A DNA stretch of 64,000 bases from the human T2T-CHM13v2.0 reference genome, Homo sapiens. A program made the position numbers and the translations under genes. Below, piece after piece: positions 13,150 through 23,302 of the stretch. The stretch is taken from assembly GCF_009914755.1 (NCBI RefSeq), contig NC_060929.1; one strand, 5' to 3'. Within the stretch, counting starts at the first letter, position 1; every line of letters begins with the position of its first letter. The notes under the pieces are model-generated. The model was not told the origin of the DNA and did no database searches. It worked only from the letters and a program-made list of their open reading frames with translations.

Positions 13150-13570
13150 GTGTTCCATGTATAAATGGAATCATGTAGTATTTGTCTTTTTGTGCCTGGC
13201 TTACTTCATTTAACATAATGTCCTCCAGTTCATCCATGTTGTTGCAAATGATAAGATTTCACAGAAATAGGGAGTAAAACAGTGGTTACCAGAGGCTGGG
13301 GAGTAGGGGATAGGAGATTGGGAAGATATTGGCCAAAGGAAACAAAATTTCAGTTACAAAGGATAAATAAGTTTAAGAGATTTATTTTACATATCATATT
13401 GCATATTAAAAAATTGCTAAGAGAGAAGGTTTTAATGGTTCTCACCACACACACAAAAAAAGTATGTAAGGTAAATAGATTGATTTGAGATATATATATA
13501 TATCTCAAAAACATCATATTTTACATCACAAACATACAACTTTTATTTGTCAATTAACAGTATAAAAACA
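13150..13570 (+). mobile_element. L1MA/L1MB 3' end with inverted 5' segment
   Basis: 13150-13259 is antisense L1 3' region; 13260-13570 is sense 'gtggttaccagaggctgggg...ttttatttgtcaatta'. Confidence 0.8.
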
Positions 13571-14789
13571 ATGAATAACAATTCAAGTTTGCACAATTAA
13601 ATCACTATCTCTGGTAGAATTGATGAAGCCTAGATTTCTAAATTAAAAATTATTATATTAAATGAGTTTGTAACCAAAATGGCTAAAACAGACTTAGAGT
13701 CCAAGTCTGTAGGACACAAAATCACCTGCATTTTTCACTACAACAAAATGGAATGAGAGTACAGAATTGAGCAATGTAACTGTCAATCACTGAGCAGTGA
13801 CAGCAGTGGTCACAGTGGTCGGCTCCATTGAACCTTCTGGGGAGAGTTGCATGACAAAATGCTGTACTCTCTCTGACCTTCATTTGGAAAGCCATGAGCC
13901 TTGTCAGGCTTGGCTAGAAGACGTTCCCTCCAATTTGTGCGAGGGGCCCTCAGAATGTACTAGTATTATCAGAAAACACCCAAGCCACAGGAAATATAAC
14001 TCTCAAGTAAGAAGAACACATCTAAGTAACAATAGCAGCACCTTAAATTTGAAAGCTCGCATTTACCTAAGCAGCACTTTCATCTAAAACAAAAGAAATT
14101 TGGAGGGTATTTTTAGTAATGGTCCTGGTCAAAGAAAAGCATCTGCTTTCATGATTTCAAGCAGCAAATCTACTTTTGTGAATATGCTGTGGGGGCTTGA
14201 AAGGATCTCTCAACAGACTCATACATGTTAAACTGCCTGATGCTTAATGTTAGGCTTATCTTTTTTTTTTTTTTTGATAAATTCTCCTTGGGATGCTTCT
14301 CCTACTCATCAAAGTTTGAAAATTCATCTTGAAGAGATCACAGTTCTTAACCCAGGTTTTAAATCTAATCAGATGACAGAACCTAGAAATTCATTAACAG
14401 TGACTCACAAATCCTCTCCTATTCCATTTTTTTTTTTTTCTGTTGCCCTTCTAGCACCTGTGGGTTCCTCACTTTACTGTGATTTACCACACACACACAC
14501 CAAAATCTGGATTGGGCTTTGCTATCTCTCATGTTTCCTCTGGCTTATCCATCTTACAAGTCACTACCTGACATAATTGCATAAATGGCAACTCCAATTA
14601 CACAATTACCGTCTTCAAAAGGTCTTTTACCTTATAAGGTGAAATGCAAGTTAGCTCATCATTTTCATTTTCAACTCACTTTTCTCACCTTAAGTTTTTA
14701 AGGCATTGTATGCTCTTGTCAAATAGGTCTCCTCACTGTTTTTCCTATGGATGTCATATTGATTATTGGCTTGGCATTGTTTCTTTCTC

Positions 14790-15003
14790 TAACTCATTCC
14801 TTTTTATGGCTGAGTAGTATTCCATCAATTCCTATATATATATATATATATATATATAGGAATTCCATATATATGGTGGAATATATATATATTCCATGTG
14901 ATATATATATATATCGCAATACATATATATTCCATGTGATTTATATATATATATATGATGGAATATATATATATATAATCCATGTGATATGTGTGTGTTT
15001 GTG

Positions 15004-15044
<41 letters not shown>

Positions 15045-15070
15045 CACAATTTCTTTATCCACTCATTGAT
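14790..15070 (-). mobile_element. L1PB fragment containing AT minisatellite and (TG)n
   Basis: 'tcattcctttttatggctgagtagtattccat' ... 'atcacaatttctttatccactcattgatt'. Confidence 0.85.
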
Positions 15071-15087
15071 TTTATGTGCCTTGGTCT

Positions 15088-16130
15088 ATTTTTCTTTATT
15101 TTCTTTATTTTTTATTTTTATTTTTCCATAGGTTATTGGGGTACAGGTGGTGTTTGCTTACATGAGTAAGTTCTTTAGTGGTGATTTGTGAGATTTTGAT
15201 GCACCCATCACCTGAGCAGTATACACAGCACCCTATTTTTAGTCTTTTATCCCTCACTCCCCTCCCACTCTTCTCTCCAAGTCTCCAAAGTCCATTGTAT
15301 CATTTTTATGCCTATGCGTCCTCACAACTTAGCTCCCACATATCAATGAGAATATACAATGTTTGTTTTTCCATTCCTGAGTTACTTCACTTAGAATAAT
15401 ATTCTCCAATTTCATCCAGGTCGCTGCAAATGCTATGATGGAATTCCATATATATGATGGAATATATATATATTCCATGTGATATATATATATTCCATGT
15501 GATATACATATATGATGGAATATATATATTCCATGTGATATATATATATGATGGAATATATATATTCCATGTGATATATATATATGATGGAATATATATA
15601 TTCCATGTGATATATATATATGATGGAATATATGTATATTCCATGTGATATATATATATGATGGAATATATGTATATTCCATGTGATATATATATATATA
15701 TGATGGAATATATATATATTCCATGTGATATATATATATGATGGAATATATATATATTCCATGTGATATATATATGATGGAATATATATATTCCATGTGA
15801 TATATATATGATGGAATATATATATTCCATGTGATATATATATATATGATGGAATATATATATTCCATGTGATATATATATGATGGAATATATATATTTC
15901 ATGTGATATATATATATTATGGAATATATATATTCCATGTGATACATATATACACACATATATATGTATATACGTATATATGTATATACGTATATATGTA
16001 TATATATGTATATCACAATTTCTTTATCCACGCATTGATTGATGAGCATTTGGGTTGGTTCCACGATTTTGCAATTGCGAATTGTGCTGCTATAAACATG
16101 CATGTGCAAGTATCTTTTTTTGAATAATGA
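15088..16130 (-). mobile_element. L1PB 3' end interrupted by a minisatellite
   Basis: T-rich tail, 'ccataggttattggggtacaggtggtgtttg...' L1PB 3' UTR; L1 resumes at ~16010 with 'atcacaatttctttatccac'. Confidence 0.9.
15436..16010. repeat. Minisatellite of about 13 units (~34-40 bp), GATGGAA(TA)nTTCCATGTGA(TA)n, followed by a (TA)/(TACG)-type tract
   Basis: Directly visible tandem array. Confidence 0.97.
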
Positions 16131-16189
16131 TGTATGTATTCTCTTTTTTGAACCTCCTTTTCAAGTCTGTTGCTATCCATTTATTACCC

Positions 16190-16450
16190 AGAGCCCTTCT
16201 CAGATGCATTCTCTCCATGAAGTATTTCAGTGTCTCAGAATAGATGTGATTGCTCCTTTTTTGAACTTTTCAAATATATATTTGACATTATAAACTGTTA
16301 ATTATCACATACTTCTTTTATGACAGTATACAAGTTACTCTTGTACTTCTTACTATATTTTTCTAACTAGGCAGTAAATTTCTTAAGGTATGGAAGTATG
16401 CCTTATTCACCTTTGCAGTGCTTGAAATAGAACCATGGATATAGTAGTTG
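16190..16450 (+). mobile_element. Degenerate L2 3' region
   Basis: 'ctaggcagtaaatttcttaagg...ccttattcacctttgcagtgcttg'. Confidence 0.45.
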
Positions 16451-17626
16451 ATCTGTATAGCTACAGATTACATTACTGCATATCTAGATAAATATGTATA
16501 TATATACATATTGAATTAAGTAGATAAAAGAATTGCAGTCATATCAAAAAGAAAATGGACCATGTTTTCCTTTATGGCAGAGATGGTGACAATTCTTCAC
16601 TTGACTTTTTCTATTAAAAACAGCCCACAACCAGTAAACGGCAGGTTCTTTTAACCAAAAAGTTATAAAGCTTGAACACACAATTCAACAGCCAAAGTGG
16701 ATAATTAACTCACTCCTGCAGTGACATGTTTTAAATGGTGTGCTTTTCTATCTGTTATATCTACCCAAAGACAATATTCAGGATTTTTCCACCTACGACT
16801 TTGTCTCTTAATAAATTGTATTGGAAACTTTTGTATGCTCCTCTCTAAAATAGCATACCAACTTCAAAATTTCCTTAGATGGCATGCTGATTACTTAAGA
16901 ACATCATTTACAAATTATTTGCCAAGTTATTTTTATAAACTGGAGTTTCTGCTGGGGGAAATTACTTTAAATGTTTGGCTGACTTGGGCCTCCAACAAAT
17001 AGTGCTTGTCTATAAATATTAAACAATCATATGAATATGGAGCTGAAAATCTGAATTATACCTATGCCATGGGATTTATTATCCTCCTCTAAAGATGTCT
17101 GGGGTATGGAGGCTAAAAGATCTATTGCAAAGCCTGTATTATTCATTGAGAAAAATCCACTGAGGACCGTGACTTGAAAGTTTTGCAACTTTTGAGTACT
17201 TTTACATGAAAGCAGATTTCTTATCAAAAAAGAAGAAAATGCTGAAATATTAGTGCTGCCTTTAAAGATATCTTTTATTAGGATGGATTTTGAATCTAAT
17301 ATATAAAATCTGAAATATCAATTTGGGGGATTTGTAATGTTAGTCTTTGTTTGTTTTTGTTGAATGGTTTAAGAACAAAAGATTAACCTGAAAAAAGCCA
17401 CATTGAAGGGGATGGATTTTGTTCAGCATAGCTTGGGCTGTAGAAAGGCTTGTGGGCATTTCTCACTCTCACTTGGCATTGTCTCAGAGGCCTGATCACA
17501 AGTGGTCAGGGATTCATAAGTGGATGGATTGTCTCTTCGTTTTGTCATCAATGGCCTGTGACCTTGGCAACCATTCATCCAGTAGTGTTTCTGTTGGTGT
17601 TTAATGATCATGGAATGTGAGAACAC

Positions 17627-17870
17627 GATGGTTAAGAGCATGGTCTAGGAGCTGGGCTGCCTGGTTTGAATCACTGCTCTGCCACCTAAGAGCTCTGTAA
17701 TTTGGAGCAAGTTATTTAACCTCTCTGAATCAGTTTCCTCACCTGTAAAACTGGTATAAGAGTAAGTAATACCTTCCTCTTTAGGTTTTGAGGAATGAAC
17801 CATTCAATATTTTAAAGAACTTAGAATATTGCCTGGCATAGATTTAACAGCATCAGGTGTGCTAGTTATT
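17627..17870 (+). mobile_element. MIR SINE
   Basis: 'ggttaagagcatgg...gcaagttatttaacctctctgaatcagtttcctcacctgtaaaa...cttagaatattgcctggcatag'. Confidence 0.9.
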
Positions 17871-19499
17871 ACTTGCTCTGTAACCTCAGCAATCAACACA
17901 ATAAACAAAATAACTGGCATATGGTGAACACTCAATACATTCTGAATGAGCAGCTAATGACGTTTTGATTCATCTAGAAACAAGCAAAAGAAATCAACTG
18001 TAGTGGGTTAAATAATTTTCAGCTTACTACACACCTGAATCTAGTTCATTTTGTCTGATTCTATGGTCTTAGTGAACTTAGAATTGCTCTAACCTTAGAC
18101 TCTTCTTATAAATCTTCTCTTATTGTGCTAAACCAAACGCTCTTGAACTCTAGAATTCAGTTTGCTCTTCAGAGAGACTGAATATAATGCACTTCAGAAT
18201 GCCTGTGTAACTGAACACATAGTGACCACCTGGGCTCCTATCCTTTTCTCAAGAATGGGGGTAGAGGCTGCTCAGGCTTCATTCTGAGGCTCTGTTGTTA
18301 CTGCCACTATAATTAGAACCAGGGGGACTTCCAGTTATGACTCATCCTAACCCTAGCTCACTGGATATGGTCAGAACCCATTAGGCTGAAGAACATAGCA
18401 AGTCAAATCCTTACTTGACTCACCCCTTTTGGCTCCTACTGAAGGTAGTGCATTATCTTCTCTAGTGTCTAATCTCACCATTGGTCTTTTCTTCCTCTTT
18501 CCACCCACAAAGTGCAACGTGAGCTGTATGGCAGTCTGACTAGCTACTGTTTTTCTTCAAGGGCTGATGTTCTTAGCTGAGGTGGGTTGTCTAAGTAACA
18601 GAGCCCCATCCCCTATGCACATTACTGAGTAATAGTTTCTGGGAGACTGTGGAAACTATGCAGTATTGGCATAATAGATCAAGACTTTCATCAACATAAA
18701 AGGAAAGGAATTACAAGGTACTTGCTGACAGGGAATTGTAGCTTGATAGGGCACTCAGGGGGCAGATACACTAAAAGCATTTTGGCACAGTGAAGTGTAT
18801 TTCCTGGACAGATGTGTTCCATTTGTGAGGGAAGGGCCTCGCACTTCTCACCAGTTCTAACATGCCAGCTACAAGTAAGATGAAGCCTTGTGTGTCAGCT
18901 ACCGTTATCACAGGAAGTTCAATGTTGTCACCCCCTTAAGGTGACATTACTTCAAGAAAACCAGACCAGAATTGTCTTCAGAGAAGAAGGCAGTGATTCC
19001 ATTTTTGTTTAGTGTTTTCTTCTCTCAGATTGGCAGTCAGGTCACGTTAAAAGTGGCAATGTTTTGTTTGGTGTGTAAGCTTATAAAACCCTGGCCATTT
19101 CAGCACACAGCTTCTTTTTTGCCTTTTACAATTTTTTCTTATAAACTCCAAGTATATTAGTATTATTGACATTCAGAAGGGCTAGCTTACGAAAGTGTTG
19201 CTCAGAAAAAATGGGGATATTGTCTCAAAGAGAAGAAAGAACGCTTAATAAAATAAATCTTAACATTTCAATGGAATCATAATATATATATATATTTTCT
19301 ATTGTTGTGCATGAGAAAATCTGGGAGGTAGAAGTTATTTTCCTCTAATTTTCACACTGCCTATAATTTTTCAGTTTTTCCTGATGCCCAATATTTTCTT
19401 TAGAGCTGAATAAGTAGATTCAGAGATTCTCTTAACCCAGAGAGCCCCTTTTCAACATCAAGTCTAATAAGGAGGCCCCAGACATAACTATAGTGTCCC

Positions 19500-20340
19500 A
19501 GACTGCCCTTTTATACTAGACGAAAGGTAAAACGAGCCGATCAAGTAACAAATTACAAATTGATGCAGGCAGTGAGAACAGAAGCCTGGTTTTCTGCCCT
19601 GTAATGTCTGCATAAAAGTGGAGAATATGGTTAAAAACATTGGCGACAGCCAGTTACCGGAATAGCTAGCACTTCCAGGAACAAATGCATTCCTAATGAA
19701 TTTGTGGACACTGCATTTACCGCAACAACAGCAGGTTTTCTCACACATGCACTCCACAGCACCCGCCTGCACAGGGTTTATTGACCTTCAGCAAACACTG
19801 ATGGGAGAGCGGGCTGCCAGAGAGTGAGAGGCAGAGAGCCATCCAAAACATCTTGGAAAGGCCTCTGAGAGAAATTTTTAGTGTTTAGAAGACATACTCT
19901 TCTTCCTTCTGCCAAAAGTCATTTTTCTGTTAAAGGATTCAGAGAGTGAAAAAATATTATATGGTTTTCTAATGACATAGTCACACAATCCCTTCCAAGC
20001 CCACAATACCTGCCGAGATTTTGTCTCATTCTAAGGCTGCTCTTGTTTCTTGATTGTAGTATAAACATATCTTCTGACTGACTGAGAAGGGCTTTTCTTC
20101 TTTCACTGCTCATTTACATGGTTTTGTAATCTTCATGTGTATTAAACAGTAAGTGTGGCATGAAGAAGTATGTTTCCATAGGACATAACCTTACATAAAC
20201 ACTAAATAATCTGGACCTTGGAACTAATTGGCCAGAGAACAGTTCCCGCCCCCGCCCCCACAATCTGGCTAAAACTAGATGAACCAAAGTCATCAAAGTA
20301 TGTTTTACTTATTTCGAAGTCACTGGCTGACTCACCTTTG
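19500..20340. promoter_or_regulatory. Candidate enhancer/promoter patch
   Basis: Apparently non-repetitive and CpG-retaining; GAS-like TTACCGGAA (19654) and TTCCAGGAA (19673), CATTCC, ACCGCA, inverted CCAAT (ATTGG ~20227), GC box CCCGCCCCCGCCCC (~20245), AP-1 TGACTCA (~20328). Confidence 0.4.
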
Positions 20341-20366
20341 GATACTGATGGTAAGAAGTCAATATG

Positions 20367-20457
20367 GGCCGTGCACAGTGGCTCACACCTGGTGGGATTG
20401 CTTGAATCCAGGAGTTCACGACCAGCCTGGGCAACATAATGATACCTCATCTGTACA

Positions 20458-20488
<31 letters not shown>

Positions 20489-20577
20489 GGGCATGGTGGT
20501 GCATGATTGTAGTCCCAGCTATAGCTACTTGGGAAGCTGAGAGGGGAGGATCCTTTCAGCTCTGGAGGTGATCACGA
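20367..20577 (+). mobile_element. Rearranged AluJ-like SINE
   Basis: Alu start, deletion in left arm, ~29-nt central A tract, right arm truncated without poly(A). Confidence 0.9.
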
Positions 20578-20780
20578 ATGGTGATCAATGCAAGTGAAAG
20601 AATATGAAACAGTCAAATGTGAGACTTCTTGATAACTGATCAAATAATAAGAGAAAGATACCTCACAGGAAAATTGTATACATGATGTTTTTAGATCCTT
20701 TGCATTTCAGAGTATAAGAGATACCTAAGAAGTATATGATTCTTTGAAAGATCTCTCTTTTTTGGATAGTCTTTAAAAAA

Positions 20781-21268
20781 ATTATTATTAAACTTTAAGT
20801 TCTCAGATACATGTGCAGAACGTGTGGGTTTGTTACATAGGTATATGCGTGCCATGGTGGTTTGCTGCACCCATCAACCTGTCATCTACATTAGGTATTT
20901 CTCCTAATGCTATCCCTCTTCCAGCTCCCCACTCCCCAACAAGACCCAGTGTGTGAAGTTCCCATCCCTGTGTCCATGTGTTCTCAGTGTTCAACTTCCA
21001 CTTATGAGTGAGAACATGCAGTGTTTGGTTTTCTGTTCTTGTGTCAGTTTGCTGAGAATGATGGTTTCCTGCTTCATCCATGTCCCTGTGAAGGACATGA
21101 ACTCATCCTTTTTATGGCTGTATAGTATTCCATGGTGTATATGTGCCACCCCAAAGGGAGCAATAACCTAAAATGAGAAGGATTATTAAGACAAAATCTT
21201 CTGGAAAGGGGTGGTTTAGTGTTAATGAAATATATTAAAAAGGAGAGATCTTTGCTATTGTGAACAGT
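20781..21268 (-). mobile_element. 5'-truncated L1PA with internal inverted copy of flanking DNA
   Basis: L1 3' UTR 20781-21149; L1 remnant 'ctttgctattgtgaacagt' 21250-21268; TSD-like AAAGATCTCTCTTTTTT (20747) and AAAGCCCTCTCCTTTTT (21269). Confidence 0.93.
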
Positions 21269-21371
21269 AAAGCCCTCTCCTTTTTAGTATATTTCATTAA
21301 CACTAAAGCACCTCTTTCCAGAAGATTTTGTCTTAATAATCCTTCTCATTTAAGTTGTTACTCCCATTGGG
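21150..21371. repeat. Long inverted repeat, arms ~104 bp, about 90% identical
   Basis: 21150-21253 is the reverse complement of 21269-21371 (9 substitutions and 1 gap by manual alignment). Confidence 0.97.
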
Positions 21372-21746
21372 AGGCCTTTGTTTTGTACCATATAAGTAGT
21401 GCTTTGTCATTTATTTATACTTTGTCATTAAAATACTTTGTTATTTATTTATACTTGTTTAAGTTTCTCACGTTTCTTTACATTACTTTATTAGCAAAAT
21501 TATTAAGTAGCCAAATTTTGTTCTGAGAGGTTTCTTTTTTTAATCATATTTGCTTGACTGATAAGATTATTTGGTTTCAGATTACATATGGCCTTGAATG
21601 ATAATACAAAGTGTTTGGACTTTATCTATAATTTACCAGGAGGAATTTTTATGAAATACTTCTACTTGGGCTCCACATCCAAAGTTTCAATTCTACTAAC
21701 CTGGAGTGAGGTCTGAGCATTGGTATTTCAAAAATATCTCTTTAGA

Positions 21747-22163
21747 TGTATTAGTCAGAGTCCCAACAAGTGACTGAAATGAAGCGACTTTCATTAAGGG
21801 ATTAAATGCAAAAGTGTGAGCAAGGTTAATGCAACAAACCTAATATTAAAGAGAAAGTAGACAGAAGATTAGTAACATCTGAAATCCATTAGGCTTCCTG
21901 ACCTAGAGTCAGAGTGGGACAAAACTGCTGCCAGAGATGTGATTCCCAAACAGGAAAAAAATTCGGGAGAAAATACCCCGACTTCCCTTCTCCCACCCGC
22001 CTGTCTTTTGTACATGCCTTCCATGGGACAAATCTGAGGAGAAGCCAGTGAGCAAGGGAGCACAATGGCATACTGTGTAGAAGTTATCCTCCAGGGGCAT
22101 AGAACAGCACAGAGAAGGAGTAAACATTTATGGGATAGGATAAATGGAAAATTACGTATAGCA
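21747..22163 (-). mobile_element. ERVL solo LTR, LTR33-like
   Basis: 'tgtattagtcagagtcccaacaag...gaagccagtgagcaagggagc...cctccaggggcatagaacag...tatagca'; AGATG at both edges. Confidence 0.7.
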
Positions 22164-22173
22164 GATGACTCTT

Positions 22174-22177
22174 TGTT

Positions 22178-22213
<36 letters not shown>

Positions 22214-22495
22214 GGTGGAATCTCGCTCTGTCGCCCAGGCTGGCGTGCAGAGGCGCGATCTTGGCTCACTGCAAGCTCTGCCTTGCCGATTCACGCCATT
22301 CTCCTGCCTCAGCATCCCGAGTAGCTGGGACTACAGGCGCGCCCGCCACCATGCCCGGTTAATTTTTTGTATTTTTAGTAGAGACGCGGTTTCACCGTGT
22401 TAGCTAAGATGGTCTTGATCTCCTGACCTCGTGATCCGCCCGCCTTGGCCTCCCAAAGTGCTGGGTTTACAGGCCATGAGCCACCGTGCCCGGCC
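22174..22495 (-). mobile_element. AluY-like SINE
   Basis: Long poly(T), many CpGs, 'gcaagctc...ttcacgccattctcc', 'ttcaccgtgttagc'; TSD AG[A/G]TGACTCTT. Confidence 0.97.
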
Positions 22496-22589
22496 AGGTG
22501 ACTCTTAATGTACAGCTAAGTTGCAGAGCTACTGCTATAAATAGTGGCAAGACCAGGAAGCTTTTAGGATCTTTTTATCTGAAACCAGT

Positions 22590-22700
22590 ATGTTAGAGTG
22601 GACTTTGCAATTGTCTAGTCCAACACTTGCATTTTTGTACTTGAAACTGAGGCCAAAGACTGATGCTACATATCCAATGTCACAAAGTTAGGAAAACTCA
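22590..22700 (-). mobile_element. MIR fragment
   Basis: 'tctagtccaacacttgcatttttgtacttgaaactgaggccaaaga...ccaatgtcaca'. Confidence 0.55.
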
Positions 22701-22779
22701 AATTCAAGGCTAGAATGTCTCCAAGTTATCAAATGCACAAAATGGTATGATGAAAATTATAGTTAAGGAAAATTAATTT

Positions 22780-23180
22780 GGTATCAATGTCTTTAAAATG
22801 AAAGATATTGGAGGCAAAGACAGAAGTTAGAAAAGTATTGGTAACTTTAGTATTGATGGCTTTAGGATCCTAACCTAAAGCAATAAAAATTGGAATGGAA
22901 AGGAGGAAACATTCTATAGAGCATGCAAATTAAAATTTATGGGCTTTTGTAAATTACTGTGTAATAAGGTGAATGAAAATGACTCTGGAGTCAAAGATGA
23001 CTTGGGTAATTCTTGCTCAGAAAAAGTAGAAAATAGGTGGTAATAGCAGTAGAATAAGAACAGGAGTAGAAGCTTTTTCATAGGGAAGAAGAGTTTGATT
23101 TTAGGTGGGCCAATTTAACATAATATATGGGTAGAATAGACCATTGTCAGGTGTTGATATGGGAACTGAAATATGTATTT
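22780..23180 (-). mobile_element. Degenerate L2 body
   Basis: 'ggaggcaaagacagaagttagaaa', 'ggagtcaaagatgac', 'gagtttgattttagg'. Confidence 0.55.
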
Positions 23181-23224
23181 TAACCAGTAAGAGACTGTTA
23201 AAATATGTGGCAGTAAATACGTCT

Positions 23225-23302
23225 CCAGTCTCAAGGTAATTGTATTATTGAAATACCTGCAGGTGACTCTTAATGTACAGCAAAGTTTTAGAACCACTGC
23301 TA
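23225..23302. mobile_element. MER5-type terminal fragment
   Basis: 'caggtgactcttaatgtacagcaaagttttagaaccactgc'. Confidence 0.65.

Larger units (their letters stand above)
21660..22537. mobile_element. MER5-type hAT-Charlie element split by LTR and Alu insertions
   Basis: Left piece 'gggctccacatccaaagtttcaattc...ctggagtgaggtctgagcatt'; right piece 'ggtgactcttaatgtacagctaagttgcagagctactg'. Confidence 0.6.

Noticed and set aside
15436-15945. CRISPR-like appearance of palindromic ~36-bp repeats
   Set aside because: No unique spacers, no cas genes, and a primate L1 context; it is a VNTR.
15329-16109. Longest ORFs (174-240 aa, Y/I/H-rich)
   Set aside because: They are translations of the AT minisatellite, which lacks stops on the minus strand; the peptide is low-complexity with no gene context.
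19075-19095. TATA-like TTATAAAA
   Set aside because: Common by chance in AT-rich DNA; no independent TSS evidence.
21150-21371. Calling the long hairpin a miRNA gene or MITE
   Set aside because: No known mature sequence recognised; the L1-derived centre and triplicated TSD point to a junction rearrangement, and expression is unknown.
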